A stretch of 64,000 nucleotides of DNA from Vicugna vicugna (Eukaryota), in NCBI GenBank assembly GCA_013265495.1, contig MU058781.1, forward strand, positions 3,597,050-3,661,049, in the 5' to 3' direction. Position numbers and translations under genes: made by a program. Under the pieces are notes generated by a model that was not told the DNA's origin, ran no database searches, and worked only from the letters and a program-made list of their open reading frames with translations. Shown piece after piece: positions 24,531-35,100 of this stretch (position 1 is its first letter; the number at the start of each line of letters is the position of its first letter).

Positions 24531-27500
24531 GATGTCACTAATTGGGTAAAAAACATTTTTCAAATTCTCACACACAGATTCACCAGCATATACTCAGAAA
24601 AATCTTCAAAAGGAGACAAAAAAACTTGTAATCATGATTGCCTCCAGCTAAAGGACAGCGACTGGGGGACACTTAACACTTCACCATGTACTATTTTAAA
24701 TGTGTTAACAGCATTTGAAATTTGTACCATGTGAATATATAACCTATTTAAAATAACTAAATAAAATCTACTTTTTAAACAAATGTATTAAAATAAGTGC
24801 GAGAAAAGATGGAGCTACATGGTGCTGAGACCTCAGATGGGTATGTGGGGGTGCAGGATGGAGGACAAGAATTCTGGGAGGAGGTAACACTGGAGCTGAG
24901 TCTTGAAGGATGAAAAGGCATCCATCATACACACGAGGCAGAAGCATGTTCCTGACAGAGGTATGGACATATGAACAGACCAGGGCCCTTCCAAGAAACA
25001 CCTGTGGTTTGGTTTAGCTGAAGTGCACAGGGTTCCACAACAGGCAGCAGGACATGAGGCTGGGCAGGCTCATTAGAGGTCAGCTCTTGCCCATCAAGCC
25101 AAGAAGTTGGGTTTTCCCAGAAGTGATGGAAGTGGGGAGCAGTGACGTGATCAGGTCTGCAGGTCTTCAAGGTAATTCTGGCAGCAGCGTGGAAGCTGGG
25201 TAGAGGCAGGGCTAGGGAGGGGCAGACTGGAGCCTAATTCGGAAACGAGGTAAGAGCCTCGGTCCTTTTACGGAGGAAGCAATGATGCAGAAGCAGGAAC
25301 AGATACGAGACAGGTGAGGAGCTGGCATCAACCAGATCTGGGAACCCATTCCATGGGTAGGGTCAACACCAATAAAGGCTAACTTCTACCATCTCACCTG
25401 GGCTGCAACTGACAGAAGGGAGGCAAGGAGCAAGTTTAGGGGATGGGAGAGGAAGGGAAGACTCTAGGGGAGGAGCAACGGCGGGTTCACATCTCTAGCT
25501 GTGTGTCCTGAAGCAATTCGACTGTAGCCTCATCTGTAAAATGGGTACCTACCTTAGAGGATTATTTTAGTCATGGAATGAAACACTTTACAGATAGCTC
25601 CTACCACACTGTACATGGTAGGTACATAACAAGAGGCAGCCCTGGATGCTGTAGAAATGATCCGTTGTAGAAAAGTCTCTACAACAGAGAAATGCTAGTT
25701 CACTAAGGTAGGGATTTCAAGGACATTTTTAATAATCAAAGGAGAACGCTGTGATTCAACTGATTGCAAGTTTTATGCCTCTCTGGTCCCCCCATCAGCC
25801 CCTCACCTCAGTCGGCCTGTGACCAGTATGGGTGGAGGGGAGGGGCACAGATCTCTCACCATTGCTAGAGAAGCAACCCAAAGCCCATGCCTTTGCTGAT
25901 GGAAGGACAAATCGTCTAGGCCAGGACTAGTCAGGACTGGCTTGTTTCAATCCCAGGCAAACACTATTATCTATAAACCCCCAACGGTCAGACTGGCCCA
26001 ATAACTGCTGCGGTTTTTCACTTCCTCTGTCGTATGTGTTGAACGTCTAACTGTGACAGCTAAACAAACCAAGATGACCACCCTGCCTGGTACTCGCAGG
26101 TACAATGAGAAGGAAAGCCACGTCTGGGGATTTTCCAGTGAAGATAGAGCCTGGAATGAGCCTAATATTCAGCTATCTCTCAATCCAATGCCTCCACATT
26201 TCCTATAATCACAGACTACCTCGAATTACCTGGGAAATCAGGAATTTAAAAAAAGCCCAAGACTTATCTTGAAAATATGAACAAACCCCTGTTCCTTAGT
26301 TATGATTATTAAACCAAGTCTATTTCTCATGCCTCTTACTCTTGGTTTTGAAAAAGTAACCCACCTTAGCCTTGTCAAGGAAAAAATCATAGGGATGTCT
26401 GAAAGTAAGAACAAAGAAGTATCCAGAAATGTACAACTTGTGCCACTTCTCTCAAAGCCAGAGCCCCCAAATGCTCTCCTGGCTAAAGAACCAGAGACGG
26501 TCAGAAAACAGGGACATCCTTGTTCCCCAAATTGCCACCCTCCAGGAGACCTGCTCTGTGGGTCTGATCTGCAGACTGTACTACCCTGGGCTGGGGGGGT
26601 GTGGGGAGCGATGTTACAACAAGGTCTTTCTGATGTGATCAGTTATAAGCTCTCCAACAGAGACAGGACTCAAAATGGACCTGTTTTCTACAAACCGACC
26701 TAACAGATTTATGCTATAGGATGGTTATAATCTATTTTAAATGCACAGACCCATTGTAAGCCCAGAGGTTAGCCACCCAACATATACATTAGATCAAACA
26801 GAAAAGAAATATTGGCCAGAACCCAATGACGTTCAATTCAAGGCCAAAGACAACAGGCAACAAAGATCAGAAGCTTAATAAAATTAACGTGAAAACTGAC
26901 CGCCTTGGAGAGCCTCCTTAGGAATCCTACCAGAGGTCCCATCTGAGTCAACAAGAGAAGGGCTTGAGAAAAAAATGGTTTTCTAGGGTGAAAGAGTTAT
27001 ACATTCTGGTCATAGCTCTCAGAAGATCGAATTGAAGTATATGTCCATGCCACCTACCCTAAATCCATACCACGTTTTAAAAATAAAACGTTCTTTCAAA
27101 CGCCAACAAAAATTCCAACTTTCAAAGGTGGGCGGTAACATTTTCTCAGGATGGTAAGGAGGGAGCCACCTTCCTGGTTCGTGTGAGAACTGCTGATGGA
27201 CAAACATGTACTTCTTTTTTCCTCTGGGCAAGGTAGTGACTGATGATTTGCTCTTACATGGTCCCGTCTGCCTGGGGGAAACCAGCCGCTGAAGGCTGAA
27301 AGGCTCATCCCCACCTGCTTGTCAACACCGGGCCTGGGAACTACTGCGGGGAATTAAGGAGGGACTATTCCGTGTTTAACGTGAAACTGGCAGCGTGGGG
27401 CTTTTTCGCACACCAAACATCCATGCCTCTGGAACTACTGCGCCCCTCCCCTAAGATTTTAAGATCCATTACTCCAAGTATGCGCAGAAGATAATTCCTG

Positions 27501-27616
27501 AGCTGCCGCACTCGAAAGTTAAATCCCTCTGGTTTTCTCAGATAAATTTGAATCAACCTATGACCTCCCAACCGCCTCCGAATCCTAATACATCCCCTCC
27601 CCACCCCACCCCCATC

Positions 27617-27627
27617 NNNNNNNNNNN
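27617..27627. other. Assembly gap (11 N) within a C-rich tract
   Basis: Direct reading. Confidence 0.99.
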
Positions 27628-28239
27628 ACCCCACCCCCATCCAATCATTCCCGCCACCCTTGCTTTCAGCGAAAAGGAAACAATTCCAGCTGACCGTCAC
27701 CTCTCTAATCTCACACTAAACTAACTCACAGCAGAAAGAAAGAAACTATCCTAGCAGGGCTCCACAGCTGCTAACAGTCAGGTAGTCTACTGCCCCCAAG
27801 AAAACCCGAAACACGTGTGGGGCCCTTTATTCCGGCGTTCCTAGGCGCGCACTCGCCTGTCGCAGGCGCGCACGCACGCACACACACACACACCCCGGCG
27901 CATCACACACAGCTGGGGACTTAGTTTTGTCTCCTTCAAGCAGCCTTTCCCTATTCCGCAGCATTTCCTCCGCCTGGTCCGCTTCCCCGGAACACACGCC
28001 TGCTCCAGCCTCCGCGCCACACACGTGGGGAAGCGCGTTCAGGTGGTGCCAGAAGGGAGGAGGGAAGCGTAGGTGTGGGGAAGGCCAGGGATGAGGAAGG
28101 AGAAAGTGGGGTGTGGGCTATCAGGTGCCCTGGTGGGCGTAGATGCCACGTAAGCCACTGATATGAAGAGGGGGCGAGACAGGAAAAGCACCTGGAAAGG
28201 AAAGAAGGCTGGAGGGGAGGTGGGGGAGGGGTCACTTAC

Positions 28240-28492
28240 CCAGGGTCTTGACAGCGATCTGCCTGGTGAGGGGCGGCGGCAGGTTGATGCACACCAAGTC
28301 CACGTCCTGATGCAGCAGCACCTCGTCAATGCGGCTGGTGTAGAAGGGGACGCTCATCTCCTTGGCCAGCTCCTCGGCTTCCTCCTGCGTGCGGCCCCAC
28401 AGCGCCTTCACCGCGAAGCCCTCGTCTTTCAGCAGCGGGATGATGACACGGGCCGTGAGGCTCGTGCCGAACACGCCCACCCCGGGAAGCAT
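28240..28492 (-). CDS. GFOD1: GFOD1 (glucose-fructose oxidoreductase domain-containing 1) first coding exon, N-terminal part of the Gfo/Idh/MocA Rossmann-type domain
   Basis: Translation [84 protein letters not shown] matches the GFOD1 N-terminus as I recognise it. 253 nt, ending at CTGG|GTAAGT (donor 28239-28234, phase 1). Confidence 0.97.
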
Positions 28493-29220
28493 GGCTGCTC
28501 TGGTCCGCCTGGCTCTGCTTTAGCTCGGATCTCCGCTCGAACACGCGCACACACACCCCTCTAGCCAGTCCTGCGCCCAGCTCGCCGCGGTGCGCCAGCC
28601 CCCGTACACCGGGCAAGGCGCCCGGGTGCCCAGAGCGCACCGAGCTGCGGACGGAGCAGGCTCGGGCGCCTCAGTACGGTGACTGCTGCAGTGTCCGCCA
28701 CGAGGGGCTCCTGTCCTTCCCGGAGGCGGCGGCAGGGACCCTCCACTGGCGCCTGAGGCCCCGAAGCCCAGCGGAGCCTGGGTTCAGGCGGCGCCCCCGC
28801 CGCAGCGCCGGCCGGCTGCGTGCGCCCCGCCGAGGCCGCTCCATGGCTGGCTCATCCCCGCGCCCGAGCCGCCGCAGCCGGGACCGGCTCTTCCTCGCGT
28901 CGTTTCCTCAGCCGGCGAGTCGCACGCACGAGCCCCGACACGCTTCCAGAGTCCGGACCGGCGGGGCTGCGGGGCCCCTTTCCTCCCCGCCCGCCGCTCC
29001 GAATAAAATAAACCAGCGGCCACCAGGAGGCCAGCTAAGCATGCGGCTCTGAGGGTGCTGGGCGAGGAGCTAGAGCTGCAGCGCGGAGGCCACGACCCGG
29101 GCCCGGCCTTATTCTGCTGCCATGTTCGCTCGCCGCGCAGTTCGAGCGGCCTGAGCCCGAGGCCGGCTCGGGCTCCGGGATCCCGCGGGGGCGAGGGCGG
29201 AGTTGGCGAGTTTGGCTGTC
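28493..29220 (-). other. GFOD1: Predicted long GC-rich 5' UTR of GFOD1 with four upstream ATGs
   Basis: Lies between the ATG and the CCAAT/GC-box cluster. The TSS is inferred, not observed. Confidence 0.6.
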
Positions 29221-29229
29221 AGCGGCCGG

Positions 29230-29470
29230 GGGCTCCTGCACCGCCCCCGCCGCAGCGCCGCGCGCCATTGGCCGCCGCGCGCCGCCCCCGCCCCCGCCGC
29301 CGCGGGCTCCGGGTGCGCGCTGCGCCGGGGCCCAGGAACACGCCGGGCTCCTCCCCAACCCCGCCTCGCTCGCCTCCTGCCACTCGCGTCTTCCCTTTCT
29401 TCGCTCTCCACCACCTCCTTCTCCTCGCTCCTTTCCAAACCCCGCCCCAAGCAAGCCAATAAATCTATCA
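29230..29470 (-). promoter_or_regulatory. GFOD1: TATA-less proximal promoter: CCAAT boxes and GC boxes
   Basis: ATTGG at 29267-29271 (CCAAT on minus), CCAAT at 29456-29460 (plus), ccgcccccgcccccgcc at about 29282-29298, ccccgcccc at about 29440-29448. Confidence 0.7.
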
Positions 29471-29684
29471 AGGCAGGGCGCGCCCTAATAGGCTAGTCGT
29501 CGGTGCCTCGGAAGAGAGCAGCGGGCGCCCCAGCCCGTGGGAGGCCAAGGGACGCGGCGAGGTGTGAGCAGTGGGTAATTACCACCTCCGCTCCCGGAGC
29601 GCTTCCTCCAGGCTGGGAACCAAGCTAGGGAAGCTTTCCAGGCATTCTCTCTCTCTTAATTCTCGCACCAACCCTAAATTAATT

Positions 29685-29815
29685 GAAAACCCATTTAACC
29701 GACGATGTAACTGAGTCCTGGGAAGGGACTTGAGCAAGGTCGCACAGCAGGTAAGCAACAGGCCTGGGATGGGAATCCAGGCTCCAGAGTTCAGGCAACG
29801 AGCTGAGGAGTTCTC
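29685..29815. mobile_element. MIR SINE
   Basis: cccatttaaccgacgatgtaactgagtcct...gacttgagcaaggtcgcacagc...gggaatccaggct. Many other MIR fragments in the window (e.g. about 30870-31070, 41880-42050, 50030-50200) are not listed separately. Confidence 0.7.
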
Positions 29816-31071
29816 CCCTCTCCTTCTAAGAGAAACTGCTCCGATTGTGCGCCCCACCCGCCGGCCGCGCAAGCACCGTCCAGCCGCCTTCCTCCCCAAC
29901 AGTCTTGTCTGGATAAGCCCTGCTTCCCGGCGAGGCCGCTGCTGTGCTAGGCGACGGCAGTGAGGTAGGGGTTCCCGAAGCGGCTGCGGCACGTCCTGTG
30001 TGTGTGTGTGGGGGGGGGGTGTGTCCGGTTTTCGAAACGAGGGGTCGCTTAGTCAGAAGATACGCCAGCCTCTCGCCTCGAGCTTGGCTCCTTCGCCGCC
30101 ACTTCCCGCGGCCCCCACCTCAAGCCTCTGCTCCCTTCCCGAGTCCTCGCGTAGGAGCCAGAGCCAGGACGAGGGTCGTCCCGCTTCTCTGGACCCGTGG
30201 GAACCCTGCGCAGTCCGGTTTCCCGCCATATCCTGGGCTCCTATCACGCTGCCTACCTGGCCTGTAGTAAGAGCACTCAATAAACATTTGCTAAATAAAT
30301 GAATGTTCACTGATTGCCCGCTTTGCGGCCACTTGGTGCTGGGAGGGGGGACGCAACCTAAAAGGCATGGGACCTAGCCTCTAGTTCAAAGTTTCTGGAG
30401 AGGTCAGGCGTCCTGTCGTGTTCGTCTCTTGTCTTCAGCACTCAGCTCAATGTGGTACAAGGTCGGCTGGAACACAGGGGTGAAAAGCGAGATCTGTAGA
30501 AGCTTTTAAAACAACTTGTAACAACTGGCAGTGAGGCGGGGCGCTTGGAGAGAGCAGGAAACCAAAAAAGCCTGTGTGTAACAATACAGGGAGGAGGCTG
30601 ACCTCAGGGTGTTAGAGGAAAGGCAGCGAGGACATTGAGTGCTGGGGTGACTGAGACAAAAGGGGTGTAGCCACCAATACTGACAGGCTTCTTTAGAGCA
30701 AAGGTTTGGTAAGCACCGAGGCAGGAACGCCCACGGGGGCGGGGGTGCGGGCAATGGTGTTAGACTCAAGGCTCGGTACCCAGAGGCGGGGTCACGTGTC
30801 AAAGATGGCCCCATTCACATGGAACAGGAGATGTGCGGCTGGGCGTTGGGGTTGGAAGCGGAGCTGGAGCACCTGCGGTTGACTCTGGGCTGTATTATTT
30901 ACTAGCTGGAGGATCTTAAGCAAATTACTGCACCTCTCTGGGCCAGTTTAACCCCTAAAATGAGAATAATAATGGTATATACCGCTAAGGATTTGGGGGG
31001 ATTCTATGAGTTAGTTTTATAAAGTCCTTAGAATGGTGTCTGGCACATACTAAGCTCTCGATAAACGTTTA

Positions 31072-31074
31072 TAC

Positions 31075-31120
<46 letters not shown>
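31072..31120. repeat. Compound (TA)n(GA)n microsatellite
   Basis: Direct reading. Confidence 0.95.
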
Positions 31121-31122
<2 letters not shown>

Positions 31123-31249
31123 TCAGTCTGTTACCAACATCATTTCTTGATGTGAGAGATAATTGTACAAGGGCAGCAACATCTAGCCAATCAGAGGAAA
31201 TTCTGTGTTCTTTTAAAGGGAACTCAACTCAGATTTATGGGTCTAGCAC

Positions 31250-32165
31250 AGAATGCTTCATTTCTAACCCTCCCAAACCACTTCTCCCTCAATTTTCCCC
31301 ACCTCAACAAATGGTGCCACTGGCCCACCAGCTGGCCAGAAATCTTGGAACCATCCAGGACTCCTCTGTCTCATACACTCAAAAGCCTGCATCAGCAGAC
31401 GCTGTCTGCTCTGCTTTCACGACCCATCCAGTCTGACGACTTGTCTGCTGCAGTCAGGGAGCCCCAGGCAGCAGCATCGCTACCTGGACCACAGCTTTGC
31501 CTCCTCACTGTCTACCTGCTTCCACTCTTGCTTCCCATAGTCCGTGTTCACCACTCAGCAGCCAGAGTGATCATTTAAGAGGTAAGTCAGATCATGTCCC
31601 ACCAGGCTTGACACCTACCAGTGAATAAACTCCGAAGTCCTCAGGATGGCCTGGAAAGCTGTACCTGACCTAACCACCCCACCTCCGCCTGTTACATCTC
31701 ATCTCCTACCACTTTCCGCCCCACACCCTGCATCCCAACATGCTGGCCTCCTCGCTGTGGGCTATGCCAACTGAGCCCGTTCTTGTCTCAGGGCCTTTGC
31801 ACTAGCTGTTTCCTCTGCCCACTCCCATCTCCACCCTCCACACGTATGCACGTGACTCACTCAAGTTACTCAGGTCTCTCCTCACATGTCCCCTCCTCAA
31901 GTTGCCTTTGCCTGATCATCCTATCTAAAATGAGCTCTCTGTCCCATTTCACCACTTTGTCTGGCTTTATTTTTCTTTCTAGCTCCTCTCCCGGCCTCAC
32001 TTCATATTAGAGACCTGTTTATCTCTTTATCATCCATTTGCCTCAATAGACTATAAACTCACTGAGATCAGAAGTTTCTGTGTCTTGTTCATTGCTGAAT
32101 TCCCGAGCCTAAAATTGTATCTGGCACCTGCTGGACACTTAATATACATTTGTTGGATGAATGTT
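31250..32165. mobile_element. LINE-2 3' region (about 0.9 kb)
   Basis: ccagaaatcttgga..catcc...cagcagccagagtgatc...tcagatcatgtc...tctcagggcctttgcact...tatttgttggatgaatg tail. Confidence 0.8.
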
Positions 32166-35100
32166 TATATATTCTTCTAATAACCATGTACTATCATGAG
32201 AATTGTATGAGTTATTATTTATAAATGCCCAAAAACTGTGCCAAGTGCCAGGATGGCTTAGGCCCCAGAGAAGTGCAGCTGAGCACCCAAGGCCCTTGCC
32301 CCTGGTGGCCTGTTGACTGGGGCCATGAATTACAATGGCAGCACAGCGTGACTCATGCCAAGGTAGGGGCCTGCGGGGGGATGATTTGGGAGCGGAGAAA
32401 GGCTTTGAAATCAGAATGGGAAGTCTTTGAAGACTTGCAGAGAGAGAAGTCGGCTGGACCCCGACTTTGAAAGACTTGTGGGAGTTAGCTAGAAGAGGGG
32501 AGGAGATTCTAGTCACAGGGAGACTGAAAACAAGCTATCCCGAGGTGGAAAGTGTGTGGAGGAGGCTCGGACATGATGGGAAATCACTGAAAGGCTGAAA
32601 GCAGACCGTGAACAGACTGCATTCATCTCAGGCCCGCAAGGATACCACTGCCATAACCCGAGAGTGAAGGAAGGAGGGCTGAAACAGGGTGCTTTATGTG
32701 GTGGCAAGGGGATGAAGCCTCCCAGGCCTCATTGCCAACTGGACGTGGGAGGTGAGTGAGGAGGAGTTGGGGCGACTTCCCAGCCTGGGGCTTGCCAAGA
32801 AGCTGGGTGAGGTGCGCCTTTGTGTCTCACTAGCTCGGCAGGTCCTGCTTGATCAGCACTGAGCTGGGGAGGATGACACATCGATTCTGAGCTTCTGATC
32901 ACACAGACCTTTGAACCATAGTGCTTATATCCCCGGTCCCCTCAGACACATCAGGTGGTTATTATTCACGTAAAAACATCTTAAACCTGGATCCTGAATC
33001 TCAACACAACCTGACATTTTGACATTGTGAAACAGTTCTGAAAATAAGCCTAGAGTTTTCTTTCCCCTCAGTCCATGGATTAGCTGCCAACCTCTACTAT
33101 TTGCATTTGGGCGAAGATTTTAGGCCCAGTCTAATGTCATTTCACATAATTGTCACATGAATCCAAAAAGAACATTCTAAACCTTCTTTTAGAAATAAAA
33201 ATAGAATGGATTCTTTTTTTTTTATTCACAGCCCTAGGATGATGATAAAATAGAAGTTTTTCTCCTGTTACTTTAGTTTTCATGATGATTTAGAGTATTT
33301 TTCATTATAATAGTCACTTACACATATTACAGAAATTTCAGAAAACAAGATGACTTCTACCTTAATCTCTCCATCCTTACATAGCTCATGTAAATAATTT
33401 TTATTTTGCTTCCGCAGTTTTGGAAATATTTTGATGAATAAAAGAGAAAGTCTTGCTATTTCAATTTGCTTTTTTTGACACATAGTAGAAACAGACTTTG
33501 GTTATTTTTAGCTGAGTATCCATAAATACCCAATATCCTTATAAATCTAAGTACTTGTGTGTGGAATGACATACTTTTGCTCTTTGTAGAAATAAAGCTT
33601 TGCCAAGTTGAAAAGCTAGCACAGTTATGACTTCTGAGGAGTCTGGAGCAGATCTACTAAACAGCTCTGAAACGCATCATGCTGAAATTGATTCCTGAAC
33701 TTGTTTTCATCAGTAGAGTTTTGAAAAGTACCCATCCGTTCATCATTATGCTTTCAAGTCTGGCTTTTTTTGTCATGAATAATAGCTACCATTTATTGGG
33801 GGCTTGCTACACACATGAAGACATAAGTAAAGCACTTTGTATGCATTTATGCCTCAGGGTATTTTTAGGTAAGTACAATTATCCCCACTATTACAAATAA
33901 AGAAACTGCTCCATAAAAAAGCAGTTTGCTTGAGAGTGGTCATAAAGGCAGGCATCTGACCAAAATCAACTGACTCCAAAATCATAGCGCGGAACCACTG
34001 AGCATGCCGACCTTGTACTTACGTTAGGTACCACAGCCCCTGCTTTGCCCTGACCCTCTCGGGGAGATGGATAAGTAAGCACACTTGCCTTTCTCTTTGT
34101 CTTTCTCCCCATCCGCTAACAAGCCAGTGATCCCCAGAGGAAGGCTTCAGTGGAGCTGCCCTCCAGGTCAGGAAGGAGGTGCCCTGCTGTGCAGCTGTGG
34201 GGTGGGGGGGGGACGGGGCAGGGACAGGATCGCCCATTATCATCTCTCCCCTGGTCAGCCTCCTAGCAGGACTGACCCTCACACTCCAGCTGCCTCTGAT
34301 CTATAAGGATCAGAGCATGCTTTGCAAAGCATGTCACTGACTTGTTTAAAACTGCTCTTTTTGTCCGGTGCTTACAACACAATCTAAACCCCACAACATG
34401 GCCCGGGAGGCTCTCTGCTCTGTCCCTCCCCATCCTGGTCAGACACCACTCACTCTCCAGCTGAGGATCAGTTGCTCTTGCCTCTTTTCGACTCCTTGGT
34501 TCTCTCCTGCTTCAAGATCTTTGCGCTTTCTTTTCCCTCTGCCGGGAACGCAGCTCCTCAGCCCTCCATTCACCTGTTGGCTTGTTCTCAGCTTCTTGGG
34601 CTCCATTACATGTGGCATCCTCCCCACCCTATGATGGTGATTCTTTCCAAACCCCCTGGGGCTGCTTTCCATCGCCACCCGACTGCATTCCATTCAGCCA
34701 CTTACACAGTCTTCTTGAGTTTGCTTCCTTGACCTGCCCATCTCTCCTGGCTGGAATAGAAGCTGCTTTCGTCCCAGTCTCTCCTTGGTCTCATTTATTG
34801 CTTTATCTCGACAGCCTAAAACAGTACTTGGTACCTCACTGATATGTAATAAATCTTTGTTGAATAAATCAATCCCATAGACAGTCAAGTTTTCTAATAT
34901 ACAATGGCATGGAAAAATGATTATAGCATAATGTTATGTTTAAAAGCCAAGATAATATTGCCTATATAATATTATTGCAATTATGTATTTTTGTCTTTTT
35001 ATTGGGGTGAAATATACATAACAAAATTTTCCATTTTTATCAAGTGTACAAGTCAATGGCATTCAATACTTTCACATTGTTGTGCATTCAACCATGTATT

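Larger units (their letters stand above)
27800..30250. promoter_or_regulatory. GFOD1: CpG island covering the GFOD1 promoter, 5' UTR, exon 1 and start of intron 1
   Basis: Visibly very high GC and CpG density relative to flanks. Boundaries approximate. Confidence 0.9.

Noticed and set aside
28232..28239. ORF-track extension of GFOD1 exon 1 ending GK* at 28232
   Set aside because: Read-through into the intron across the GTAAGT donor, not the real C-terminus.
1..28239. GFOD1 exon 2 (C-terminal part of the protein)
   Set aside because: No ORF with the expected continuation; it must lie beyond the left edge of the window.
28163..28564. 133-aa plus-strand ORF antisense to GFOD1 exon 1, and other long ORFs in 28.5-30.3 kb
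   Set aside because: Shadow of the coding strand and stop-codon scarcity in a CpG island; no recognisable domain.
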